A DNA stretch of 64,000 bases from a virus: positions 1 to 64,000 of the IMG/VR virus record IMGVR_UViG_3300002835_000041, one strand, 5' to 3'. The translations under genes were made by a program, and so were the position numbers. The notes below the pieces were generated by a model. The model searched no databases and was not told the DNA's origin. It saw nothing but the letters and a program-made list of their open reading frames with translations. Below are positions 37,470 to 46,081 of the stretch, one piece after another; position 1 is the first letter of the stretch, and the number at the start of each line of letters is the position of its first letter.

Positions 37470-38609
37470 ATGAACTCATTTAAGAAAATCGCACTAGCCA
37501 TGGTTGCAGCCATGACTTTGGGCACAATGGTAGCAACACCTGCAAGTGCTGCTGTAATGACAGTCGCTGTAGATCTTGCTGGAACGGCTAACACAACCGC
37601 TTCATCAATCTCAACGCCTGCTTCATTGCCAGTCCCTGCAGACAACTCAGTTGACGCTGCTGACGCACTTAAGTTCGTCGCAACAGTTGACACAGGAACA
37701 ACTGTTTCTGTAGTAGCAACAAACGCAACAATCGTGTCTGCACTACACACATCTGCTGCACCAGTAGGAGCATCTTCAGGTTCTTCAACCTTGACAATTG
37801 CAACTGGTACAGGAACAACTGCAACATTCTGGGTCTATACAAAGACTACAGCGATTGGTACAGTAACTGTTACTAATCAAGGAACAACTTTCACATACTA
37901 TGTTCAGGGTACTGCTGGTAAGATTAATAACCTTACACTTTCAGCACCTGCAACTGGTGCTGCTGGAACAAAGCAGGACATTACAGTAACTGCAACAGAT
38001 GCATTTGGTAACAAGGTATCTGGCAAGTCAATTACTGCAACAGTATTTGCTGCAACAGCAGTACTAGATACAGCAACAGCAACCACTGGCGCTACACTAT
38101 CAGATTTTGGAGTTGCTACATTTAAGGCAACACTTCCAACAACTGGTACACGCTCACTTATTACATTTGCTCCAACAACATCTTCAGATGCTGTGGCTGC
38201 TGCTGTAACAGGTTTGACTGCTCCAACACTTGCACCATTCGCAGAGATTACGGTTCGTGATCTAGCATCAGAACTTTCTGCACAGGTTGCAGCAAAGGAT
38301 GCAGCACTTGCTGCAAAGGCTGCTTCAGATGCTGCACTAGTCAGAGCAACTGCAGAACATGTCGCTCTAATTGCTGCTGAAAAGGCTGCTTCTGCTAAGG
38401 CACTTGCCGATGCAAAGGTTGCTTCAGATAAGGCTCTTGCTGATGCAAAGGCTGCTTCTGACAAGGTTATCCTTGATAAGGATGCACAGATTGCTAAGTT
38501 AAATGCAGACAATGCTGCAGCACTTAAGGCACTTAAGGCATCATTTAATTCACTTGCTAAGAAGTGGAATGCAAAAAATCCAAAGGCTAAGGTTACTTTA
38601 GTCAAGTAG
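37470..38609 (+). CDS. Secreted Ig-like (Big_1-type) surface protein with a C-terminal coiled coil
   Basis: Signal peptide MNSFKKIALAMVAAMTLGTMVATPASA, Thr/Ala-rich beta sandwiches, TVTATDAFGNKVSG, AKAASDAAL repeats. Confidence 0.75.
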   Translation: MNSFKKIALAMVAAMTLGTMVATPASAAVMTVAVDLAGTANTTASSISTPASLPVPADNSVDAADALKFVATVDTGTTVSVVATNATIVSALHTSAAPVGASSGSSTLTIATGTGTTATFWVYTKTTAIGTVTVTNQGTTFTYYVQGTAGKINNLTLSAPATGAAGTKQDITVTATDAFGNKVSGKSITATVFAATAVLDTATATTGATLSDFGVATFKATLPTTGTRSLITFAPTTSSDAVAAAVTGLTAPTLAPFAEITVRDLASELSAQVAAKDAALAAKAASDAALVRATAEHVALIAAEKAASAKALADAKVASDKALADAKAASDKVILDKDAQIAKLNADNAAALKALKASFNSLAKKWNAKNPKAKVTLVK

Positions 38610-38616
38610 TTTGAGT

Positions 38617-38640
38617 CCTGGTGGGCGAAAGCCCACCAGG
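38617..38640 (+). terminator. Perfect GC hairpin with a GAAA tetraloop
   Basis: CCTGGTGGGC-GAAA-GCCCACCAGG. The U-tract is short (GTTT), so this may be a stabiliser rather than a terminator. Confidence 0.6.
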
Positions 38641-38647
38641 GTTTACT

Positions 38648-39409
38648 ATGAAATCAATTTATTTTAATCATATACCAAGAACTGGTGGCACTACCATTGC
38701 TAGAATGTTACAAAATTCTGGGCTAAATAAGTGTGATTTAAATATTCTTAGTCCGCAAGAATCTATTGCTAAAAACAAAGAATTTAACAAGACCACTATC
38801 TCTCAAAGTGAATTAATTATGGGTCACTATGGAGTTGCTCCTTCAATACTTAATTCAGATATTGACACAATCACTATATTAAGAAATCCAGTAAATCAGG
38901 TAGTTAGTATGTTTTCCAAATTAAATTATGAAAGCAAAGAGTCAAAAAGCAAAGCACTGGTTCTTGATATATTTAGATCAAGCAAATTTAAAAATGATCT
39001 GCCGAGCCTTTTTATAGAATGGCTTTATGATGAAAGGTCAGTAGATTACACCAATAATGGACAAATACATAACCTAATAAATACAAGGTATCCATATCTG
39101 TATGATCCCAAAACAGGAGAGGATGCAGATAAAGAAACACAAATCCCCGTAACGATTAAGAATGCTAAAGAAAAAATAGACTCTCTTTTGTTTTTAGGAA
39201 CTACAGAAAATATTTATAGTAGTTATATTCAAATATTGGATATTGTAAATACCAGGTTTAATGTTAGCCTAAAACAACTTAGTAGGCCAGGAATCTATAA
39301 CAGCCTAAAGGAAACAGATCAAGTACTAAAAACATTAAAAAACTCAGAGATAGAATATATCCTAGAAAAAAGCAGTATAGACAATTACTATTGGGAGCAG
39401 GCTCTTTAA
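38648..39409 (+). CDS. Sulfotransferase family protein
   Basis: 5'-PSB motif FNHIPRTGGTT and 3'-PB motif TILRNPVNQVVS. Confidence 0.8.
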   Translation: MKSIYFNHIPRTGGTTIARMLQNSGLNKCDLNILSPQESIAKNKEFNKTTISQSELIMGHYGVAPSILNSDIDTITILRNPVNQVVSMFSKLNYESKESKSKALVLDIFRSSKFKNDLPSLFIEWLYDERSVDYTNNGQIHNLINTRYPYLYDPKTGEDADKETQIPVTIKNAKEKIDSLLFLGTTENIYSSYIQILDIVNTRFNVSLKQLSRPGIYNSLKETDQVLKTLKNSEIEYILEKSSIDNYYWEQAL

Positions 39410-39490
39410 ATAAATACTGGCACTATTTTTTTGTGCAATAAAATGGTATAATCATCCTATCAGACATGTCGTCTGTAAGGGGGAAAGGGA

Positions 39491-41632
39491 ATTAAACGAC
39501 TACTAAGAATAGTAACAGCCACAGTTTTAGCCTTTGGCTGGCTACTTATAGCCCCCCAGGAAGCCCACTCTGATGATCCACTCACAGTAGCATACCAAGA
39601 AATACAGGAACTTAACGATAGCGTAGATGACCTTGGCTATCAAGATGATTTTATAGATCTTATAGAGATAGCAGAAAATAAGTTTGCCTCAGCCACAAAT
39701 GCGAAGGAACTTAAAGATGATGCCCATGATGCCCACGAAGATGCAGTAGAAGCAGAAGCCACAGCCTTAGAAGCAAAGAACCTTGCCCAGTCAAATGTGG
39801 ATGGGCAAACAGCCACGGTAGCCTTGGCCCTTGAACATAAAGACAACGCCCTTGAAGAAAAGAATGATGCTCAAGATGCACTCAGCATAGCCAATATTAA
39901 TGTTCAAACTACTCAATCAAGTATGCAGGCTGCTGGAGAAACAGGTTTGGCATACACTGTTTATACTCTTGTTAGACAGGGTAATGTTGCTACCCCAGGA
40001 TCTGTGCTTTGTTCTGGTACCTGGAACTCAAGTAGCATGCAACTTCCAGTTTGCGGTAATAGATACGAAAACTTTATAGTTAAGTTCACTGGTCAAATAA
40101 CAGTACCGTCTTGGTTCACATCAACATATTTTGCAGGATATACAGATGATGGATTTAGAATGTATGTAGACGGAAATCTTGCAATAGATCAATGGATAGA
40201 GCAAGGAACTACCTGGAGCGATTATTCACCAGTATATGATGTTAGCGAAGACAAAACATTGAGTGTAGAGATTTGGTGGTACAACGGTGGTGGGCCAGGA
40301 TCTTATCATCTTGGATGGGCAATTCCTGGAGGATGGACTGGAGCAGGTTGTGACTATGCGGGAAATCCAAGAGTATGGGGACAAAACTTTAGTTGTAATC
40401 TTAATACATTTTCTTCTGGCTCAGGACCAACACAGGAACAGATCAATGCTTACAATGATGCTGTTGCAGCACAGGCTATAGCACAAACAAACTATAACAA
40501 TAAATTGGCAGTATACAATGACAAACTAAGCGTATACAACTCTGAGAATACAACACTGTCATCAATGAATCAGGTTTTGCAAACCAAAACACAGGAACAT
40601 CTTGATGCCATTGCAGATACAGAAGATGCTTTAGAATTGAAAAATAGCAAAATACAAATATATAATCAATCAATAACTGATTTAAATAATGCTATTGATA
40701 ACGCATGGCGTTACTATGATGAGCAACTACAAAGAGAAATTCAGTCTGCCATTGCTCAAGCAGCAGCCAATGCTGCAGCCAATCAGCCTACCCCAGAACC
40801 CACCCCAGAACCTTCTCCAGAACCAACTGAAGAGCCAACTGAAGAACCCACACCAGAGCCATCCCCAGACCCAACAGATGAGCCAACTGAAGAACCTACA
40901 CCAGAGCCATCTCCAGAGCCTACAGTAGACCCTACAGATGAGCCTACACCTGAACCTACCCCAGAGGTTACCCCAGATCCAGAACCAACTGAAGAGCCAG
41001 TTGTAGAACCTACTGTAGAACCTACACCAGAACCTTCACCAGAACCTGGACCAGGTCCAGAGCCAGAAGATAATCCTTGGACTGAACCAGATGTAGAAAT
41101 TACTGATAAGGTATTAGCATCACTCGTTCCTGAAAAAGGAACGGGAACAGAAGAAGATCTATCTAATGTTATTGCCAACCTTACAAGTAAGGATAATAAG
41201 TTAGTCACTCTTTCCCCTGAACAAATCACAGCAGTTAGCCAGACACTGAGAGCCTTGACTCAAGAAGCAAAGGCTGAGGTTGCAGAAGACCTTGGTATTA
41301 AGCCTTCAGAAGTTGCACAGGTTGCTGAGCAGATGAAATCTAACCCAGCACTTGCAGAAGCGTTTGTTGAGTTCGCAGATAGAGCAGGGAACGCAGGAGA
41401 AACCCCAATGCCCTTTACATTAGCAGATGCAGTAACAGAAGTACAAACAGAAGCATTCTTGGCAGACCCACTTGGAGCAGTATTTGAAGTGGATGTTACA
41501 GAACTCCTATCTAATTTCTCTGAGTTGGGTATGGATATGACAGACGATCAGAGAGAAAAGGCCCAAGAAGTCATTATCCCAGTAATCATTGTTTCACAGA
41601 TTGCAAATGTAATGATTGGGATGAGGAGGTAA
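39491..41632 (+). CDS. Large secreted, membrane-anchored protein: signal peptide, coiled coils, PA14 domain, EPTP linker, C-terminal hydrophobic segment
   Basis: Frame is open from 39479 (IKRLLRIVTATVLAFGWLLIAPQEAHS|DD...), and the first canonical start is only at 39797. PA14 motifs FTGQI..TDDGFRMYVDG..WWYNGGG. The start site is uncertain (see findings). Confidence 0.75.
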   Translation: MKRLLRIVTATVLAFGWLLIAPQEAHSDDPLTVAYQEIQELNDSVDDLGYQDDFIDLIEIAENKFASATNAKELKDDAHDAHEDAVEAEATALEAKNLAQSNVDGQTATVALALEHKDNALEEKNDAQDALSIANINVQTTQSSMQAAGETGLAYTVYTLVRQGNVATPGSVLCSGTWNSSSMQLPVCGNRYENFIVKFTGQITVPSWFTSTYFAGYTDDGFRMYVDGNLAIDQWIEQGTTWSDYSPVYDVSEDKTLSVEIWWYNGGGPGSYHLGWAIPGGWTGAGCDYAGNPRVWGQNFSCNLNTFSSGSGPTQEQINAYNDAVAAQAIAQTNYNNKLAVYNDKLSVYNSENTTLSSMNQVLQTKTQEHLDAIADTEDALELKNSKIQIYNQSITDLNNAIDNAWRYYDEQLQREIQSAIAQAAANAAANQPTPEPTPEPSPEPTEEPTEEPTPEPSPDPTDEPTEEPTPEPSPEPTVDPTDEPTPEPTPEVTPDPEPTEEPVVEPTVEPTPEPSPEPGPGPEPEDNPWTEPDVEITDKVLASLVPEKGTGTEEDLSNVIANLTSKDNKLVTLSPEQITAVSQTLRALTQEAKAEVAEDLGIKPSEVAQVAEQMKSNPALAEAFVEFADRAGNAGETPMPFTLADAVTEVQTEAFLADPLGAVFEVDVTELLSNFSELGMDMTDDQREKAQEVIIPVIIVSQIANVMIGMRR
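40787..41070 (+). repeat. EPTP/EPTE tandem repeats (Pro/Glu/Thr linker)
   Basis: Translation PTPEPTPEPSPEPTEEPTEEP...; CCAGAACC/CCAGAGCC nucleotide units. Confidence 0.9.
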
Positions 41633-41633
41633 T

Positions 41634-41840
41634 ATGAAAATAATAACAAAGGTTGTGAAGGGATTCTTCACATGGCTAAAAGATGCAGGGGTGGAGATAA
41701 TCGCACAAGCCTTTACCCTCCTTGGCTTCTTCATAGCGTGGCTAACTTTGACGGGATCAGCAAGAGACATTGTTGGTATTGCAGTACTTGCAACCACAAT
41801 CATCTGGCTAATCACAATCCCGCTAAGAAAGGAGGACTAA
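41634..41840 (+). CDS. Small two-TM membrane protein
   Basis: Hydrophobic AFTLLGFFIAWLTL and IVGIAVLATTIIWLITI. Confidence 0.65.
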   Translation: MKIITKVVKGFFTWLKDAGVEIIAQAFTLLGFFIAWLTLTGSARDIVGIAVLATTIIWLITIPLRKED

Positions 41841-41842
41841 AT

Positions 41843-42127
41843 ATGGCAACTAAAAAGGTAGTAGAGCCTCCCAAGAAGGAGCACCCACAAAAGGCAATCA
41901 CTAATATTTTAATGAGAATCCTAGCAGTCTTTGCAGCATCTGGTCTATCAGTACTTGGTGCTGGAGCAGTGGTTGGAATTGACACAATGCAGGCAGTATT
42001 CTTAGCAGGACTATTAGGCGTAGCAACAGTCATTGAAAGGCTGGCAAGGGCTTTTTTGGACGATGGAAAACTCACATTGGCAGAAATCAATGATGCGTTT
42101 AAGACGGTAGACAAAAAGGCTAATTAG
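41843..42127 (+). CDS. Membrane protein (holin-like)
   Basis: SD AAAGGAGG, two TM segments, charged tail DDGKLTLAEIN. Confidence 0.55.
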   Translation: MATKKVVEPPKKEHPQKAITNILMRILAVFAASGLSVLGAGAVVGIDTMQAVFLAGLLGVATVIERLARAFLDDGKLTLAEINDAFKTVDKKAN

Positions 42128-42143
42128 TCATTATTGGCCCTAA

Positions 42144-42198
42144 TTGACAGCCCTCTCTGGGTAGTGGTATACTTGATTATATCTATCTGGAGAGGGCT
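42144..42198 (+). promoter_or_regulatory. Consensus promoter enclosed in an inverted repeat that covers the downstream SD
   Basis: TTGACA at 42144-49 and TGG-TATACT at 42165-73; arms AGCCCTCTC (42149-57) and GAGAGGGCT (42190-98). Confidence 0.7.
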
Positions 42199-42204
42199 TT
42201 TGCC

Positions 42205-42729
42205 ATGACTTGTATTGCTGTAGTAAAACATGAGGATAAAATCTACATGGCTGGAGATCGTGGCGCATCAGATGATGGAACTATTCTAGCCCTTGACGCT
42301 CCAAAAGTTTGGAAGATAGGTCCCTATCTTATTGGATATGCTGGATCAATGGACGGAGAAAGAATCCGATTTAACTTTAAACCAACACATCCAAACATTA
42401 AAGATACAGACAAGTTTATGCAAACCAGATTTATCAAAGAACTAAAAGAATTCTATAATGAGTTCTGGGTTGACACATCAAAAGATGGAGATCTTGGTCT
42501 AATCATTGCAGTTCGTGGAAATATTTACGAGCATAGTTCTGCAGATATGTCTTTATCTAAGTATACACTACCTTATCTGGCTATGGGTTCTGGAGCAGAG
42601 TACGCCTATGGGGTTTTATATGCAACAGATAAACAAAAAAATGCTAGAAATAGAGTTATGCAAGCAGTAAATGCTGCCATAAAATTTAACCCATCTTGCA
42701 TGGGTCCAGTTGACATCATTAGTCTTTAA
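42205..42729 (+). CDS. HslV / proteasome-beta-like Ntn hydrolase
   Basis: N-terminal (M)TCIAVV, AGDRGAS, KVW, GYAGS, AMGSGAEYAYG. Confidence 0.8.
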   Translation: MTCIAVVKHEDKIYMAGDRGASDDGTILALDAPKVWKIGPYLIGYAGSMDGERIRFNFKPTHPNIKDTDKFMQTRFIKELKEFYNEFWVDTSKDGDLGLIIAVRGNIYEHSSADMSLSKYTLPYLAMGSGAEYAYGVLYATDKQKNARNRVMQAVNAAIKFNPSCMGPVDIISL

Positions 42730-42744
42730 GGGTATACTTATTAT

Positions 42745-42948
42745 ATGAATCATTCACACGATGACCTATCGCCTGAAGAGCAAGAGTTTGGTATCTGGCT
42801 TGAAAACGGTATAGAAAGAGGCTGGGTTACACCTCCTTATTGCAATACTCACGACGGCGGATACGAATATATGGATGAAGAAGAAATTGAAGAATGGGAC
42901 GCAGGTGGCGACCCATGTTGTCATGTCATCAGATTGATGATATCGTAA
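42745..42948 (+). CDS. Small acidic Cys-containing protein
   Basis: Leaderless promoter TATACT at 42733-38; CNTH and PCCH. Confidence 0.6.
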   Translation: MNHSHDDLSPEEQEFGIWLENGIERGWVTPPYCNTHDGGYEYMDEEEIEEWDAGGDPCCHVIRLMIS

Positions 42949-42965
42949 AAATGAAAAGGAATAAA

Positions 42966-43871
42966 ATGAAGAAAGTACTACTATCAGTTCTAGCAGCAAC
43001 ACTTATGCTAACAGTAACAAGTCCAGCGCAAGCACAAGATCAAAAAGTTCTTGCCATTATTGATTCGGCTATTAATTCTAATAACTTCCCAGCAATTATT
43101 CACGAAGTTTGTTTCACTGCCAAGTCTGTCCTCAATCAAAATCATGAGGCATCATGTCCAAACATGCAACACTTTATGGAAGGCAAAGGCGCTGCATCTG
43201 CAACATGGCCTAAGAGCATAAATGATCCTACATATCACGGAGACTCTATGGTAAAGGCAGCGCTTGCAACAGATCCTAACCTTAAGATTGTTTTTGTCCG
43301 CTTTAACAATGTGAATCGTGTTACTGGATCAAATGCTTTAGGTGGAACTCCTGAAGCGCTTATCTCAGCAATTGATTGGGTATCAAAGAATGCAGAAAAG
43401 TATAGTATTGATGCGCTATCTATTAGTCAATCGGGAGTATCTATGGACCTAAAAACAGGTACAAAGATTTTGCATCCCGCTTGCACAAATACAGCAGTTG
43501 CTAGTTCAGTTTCACAGTTAAGTGAAAAAAATATCCCATCCTTTGCAGCAACAGGCAATGATGGACTTTCTAACCTTGTTGGATTCCCAGCATGCGTTCC
43601 TGGAGTCATTGGCGTAGGAGCCATGGGTTCACCAACTCAGTTTGAAAAGGCAACTAACAGAGGTCCTGGGCTTGATATGGTTGCTTTTGGAAAAGTAAAA
43701 ATTACCAAGTATAACGGTTCGGTTACAGATATTGCTGGAAGTTCTGGAGCAACTGTAGTTACCTCAGCATCATATGTTAGTAAGAATACTGGTAAGGCAT
43801 TTACAGAATATATTAACTCATTAGTTAAGGTTGTTCTGTCTGGTGTGTCTTATCCTTATTCATCTAAGTAA
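42966..43871 (+). CDS. Secreted subtilisin-like (S8) protease
   Basis: Signal peptide; Asp (AIIDS), His (YHG), oxyanion Asn (AATGND), FPAC..GVIGVGA, Ser region variant AGSSGAT. Confidence 0.8.
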   Translation: MKKVLLSVLAATLMLTVTSPAQAQDQKVLAIIDSAINSNNFPAIIHEVCFTAKSVLNQNHEASCPNMQHFMEGKGAASATWPKSINDPTYHGDSMVKAALATDPNLKIVFVRFNNVNRVTGSNALGGTPEALISAIDWVSKNAEKYSIDALSISQSGVSMDLKTGTKILHPACTNTAVASSVSQLSEKNIPSFAATGNDGLSNLVGFPACVPGVIGVGAMGSPTQFEKATNRGPGLDMVAFGKVKITKYNGSVTDIAGSSGATVVTSASYVSKNTGKAFTEYINSLVKVVLSGVSYPYSSK

Positions 43872-43875
43872 ATTA

Positions 43876-43904
43876 AAAGTCCTGGGTATGACTTTAAACT
43901 ACCC
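43876..43904 (+). ncRNA. H-type pseudoknot motif, copy 1
   Basis: Stem 1 AAAGTC/GACTTT, loop CT, stem 2 GGGTA/TACCC, loop AAAC. Confidence 0.55.
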
Positions 43905-43907
43905 CAT

Positions 43908-43980
43908 TGCCCTATAACTCAGTTGGTAGAGTGCCGAACTGTTAATTCGGATGTCCCTGGATCGAGGCCAGGTGGGGCAG
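43908..43980 (+). tRNA. trnN: tRNA-Asn (GUU), no encoded CCA
   Basis: Cloverleaf: TGCCCTA/TGGGGCA acceptor, CCGAA-CTGTTAA-TTCGG anticodon arm, T arm CCTGG-ATCGAGG-CCAGG with an atypical loop. Confidence 0.88.
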
Positions 43981-44028
43981 CAGTTTAGTGTATAATTGTT
44001 ATACCAAAACATTTAAGATAAAGGTAAA

Positions 44029-44688
44029 ATGATAACTAAAAAAAATAACATTTCAGGATCCCAATGGTGGATAAACTCTGAAAACTTATCATTGCCTCAA
44101 ATTTTAATGGAGTCTGGACTACCAGACAAATGGTCTAAGTATAACTCAAAAGAAATTTTAAACATAAAAAGCATACTTAAACCAATAAATAACTATGTCC
44201 TTAATCTATATCCAAAGCCAGAAATTATAAACATAACAAATAACATAGTTACTTTTAGGCAAAGAACTCACGCCGAGATTTGGGTTGAAGAAAGAAAAGA
44301 TGGCACACTGTATGCTTTAGATAAGTGTCATCAAAGACAGTTCTATCCATCTTTAAACAATCTAGAAAATAAAGAGTGTTTTGATCCAACCTATAAGTTT
44401 TATATACCCTGGTTTATAAATAAAAATGTTAGCATTAAGATAGCCAGAGTAGAGGATGAGCCTACACCATTCTACATAGGTGAAAAAAATATTATTGGAA
44501 AGCCCCTGCCACATCTATCAGACTATGCCTATTCAGAGTTTGTTGATTTTAAAATTAAGAATACTGGGGAATACTACTTAAAAGAAAAGTATGCTATTAT
44601 TAGTAAGAGCACGGCAATGTACGATATGTCTGTTGTCTTAAGTGACGAAGAGATATCACAAATAAAGGATTACTATGGACAGCAATGA
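44029..44688 (+). CDS. Hypothetical protein, possibly a divergent paralog of the next gene
   Basis: KFYIPWF and beta-rich C-terminus; promoter GTGTATAAT upstream. Confidence 0.5.
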   Translation: MITKKNNISGSQWWINSENLSLPQILMESGLPDKWSKYNSKEILNIKSILKPINNYVLNLYPKPEIINITNNIVTFRQRTHAEIWVEERKDGTLYALDKCHQRQFYPSLNNLENKECFDPTYKFYIPWFINKNVSIKIARVEDEPTPFYIGEKNIIGKPLPHLSDYAYSEFVDFKIKNTGEYYLKEKYAIISKSTAMYDMSVVLSDEEISQIKDYYGQQ

Positions 44689-45439
44689 GTTAGAATTAAC
44701 TTTCATTCCACACGATACGACCACAGGTCTATTGTCTCCAGAGCCATCCTATAAAAAAATACCACAGTGGTATAGAGATTTGGCAAAACATTTTACAACT
44801 AATGACCTAAAGTCTTTGTGTCCAGTAAACGATAGGGGCGGGGATGGGTCAAATGTTTCTACAAAACTATGCTTGCCATTTCAAGATGCAATGTCTCTTG
44901 GGTATATGTATTTACTGGAAGATGACCTAGAAGTAAAACTTGATATAGATGGAAAGCCATCTCTGTCCTGGAAAAAGAATTTTATGATGATGGACAAAAG
45001 ACCTAATGTTGATATGGCAATACCAAAAGATGTTCACCCAATACATTTTGGGGTTAAGATGCAATGGTATTACGAAACACCAAAAGACTATTCTCTATTG
45101 ATGACTATGCCAATAAACAGACCAGACCTACCGTTCTGGATTCCTTCTGGCATTGTTGATTCTGATATATGGGGACTGCCTGCGTTTATACCATTTTTTA
45201 TAAAAAGAGATTTTGAAGGAGTCATTCCAATGGGAACACCAGTGTTTCAGATGATTCCAATTAAAAGAGAGCCTTGGAATTTAGTAGTTGATGATTCTTT
45301 TGAGGCTATAGAAAAACACCAACTAAGATCAGAAAACAGAAGGTCTGACATAACGGCACACTACAGAAAATTTGCATGGAGAAAAAAAGAATATGCAAAG
45401 TATAACAAAGAACAAGCAAACAACAAGGGAGATGAATAA
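44675..45439 (+). CDS. DUF6065-like (dUTPase-like beta fold) protein
   Basis: KKIPQWY, KLCLPFQDAMSLGY, TPKDYSLL..P.NR.DLPF...SGIVDSD, GTPVFQMIPIKRE. Confidence 0.55.
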   Translation: MDSNELELTFIPHDTTTGLLSPEPSYKKIPQWYRDLAKHFTTNDLKSLCPVNDRGGDGSNVSTKLCLPFQDAMSLGYMYLLEDDLEVKLDIDGKPSLSWKKNFMMMDKRPNVDMAIPKDVHPIHFGVKMQWYYETPKDYSLLMTMPINRPDLPFWIPSGIVDSDIWGLPAFIPFFIKRDFEGVIPMGTPVFQMIPIKREPWNLVVDDSFEAIEKHQLRSENRRSDITAHYRKFAWRKKEYAKYNKEQANNKGDE

Positions 45440-46080
45440 TGTTAAGTAACAGAGAACATAAGTTTTTTGAAAAATATTTAGACAACGATTTAGATCAGTT
45501 GGCTAAATTTTTAGAACAAAAATACGAACTAATTCAAAGCGCTAAACTTCGTGGCGTTGAAACAATGGAAAATGATCCAGGGTATTGGCTAGAGTCTGGA
45601 AGTTTGTCAACTGTAAAGTGGAGAGAGTATAATGTATTTCAACTTTATCATCCATCTCTTCATAAACTATACTCCGAACTATCAAAAACTGTTAAAGAAG
45701 CCTGTGAATATTATGGCGTAGACTTTGAAAAGCAGCAATATTATGTTCAGGGTTGGTTTAATATTAATACCACAGGAAATGGAAAGTTAAACTGGCACGA
45801 TCACGGTGCACCTGGCGCTCCTAATTTTCATGGGTATTACTGTGTAAAGGCTGAGCCATCAACGACATACTATAGACTCTTTGGAGATCCAAATAGAGAA
45901 GTGGCAAATCACAACATAAACAATAGAATGATTGTTTCAGAAATGGGACACCCTCATGCAATGGGAGACTGGGACTGGGAAGGTTCAAGAATAACAGTTG
46001 CGTATGATATTCAACCTCTGCAGTCTTTGCTTATGGGTGGAGAACATACAATTGAACAGCACTGGATTCCATTGTTATAA
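45439..46080 (+). CDS. Putative 2OG-Fe(II) oxygenase
   Basis: GWFNIN, WHDH, HGYYCV, HPHAM, SRITVAYDI. Confidence 0.7.
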   Translation: MLSNREHKFFEKYLDNDLDQLAKFLEQKYELIQSAKLRGVETMENDPGYWLESGSLSTVKWREYNVFQLYHPSLHKLYSELSKTVKEACEYYGVDFEKQQYYVQGWFNINTTGNGKLNWHDHGAPGAPNFHGYYCVKAEPSTTYYRLFGDPNREVANHNINNRMIVSEMGHPHAMGDWDWEGSRITVAYDIQPLQSLLMGGEHTIEQHWIPLL

Positions 46081-46081
46081 A

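Noticed and set aside
37904-38605. 233-aa minus-strand ORF
   Set aside because: Antisense shadow of the Ala/Thr-rich Ig-like gene (GCN/ACN codons give few stops on the reverse strand); no promoter or SD.
40783-41229. Gly/Ser-rich minus-strand ORF resembling a collagen or silk-like protein
   Set aside because: Reverse complement of the EPTP repeat.
43876-43904. Pseudoknot as a preQ1-I or SAM-II/V riboswitch
   Set aside because: Lacks the long A-rich loop 3 and the conserved ligand-binding nucleotides, and lies 3' of genes rather than in a leader.
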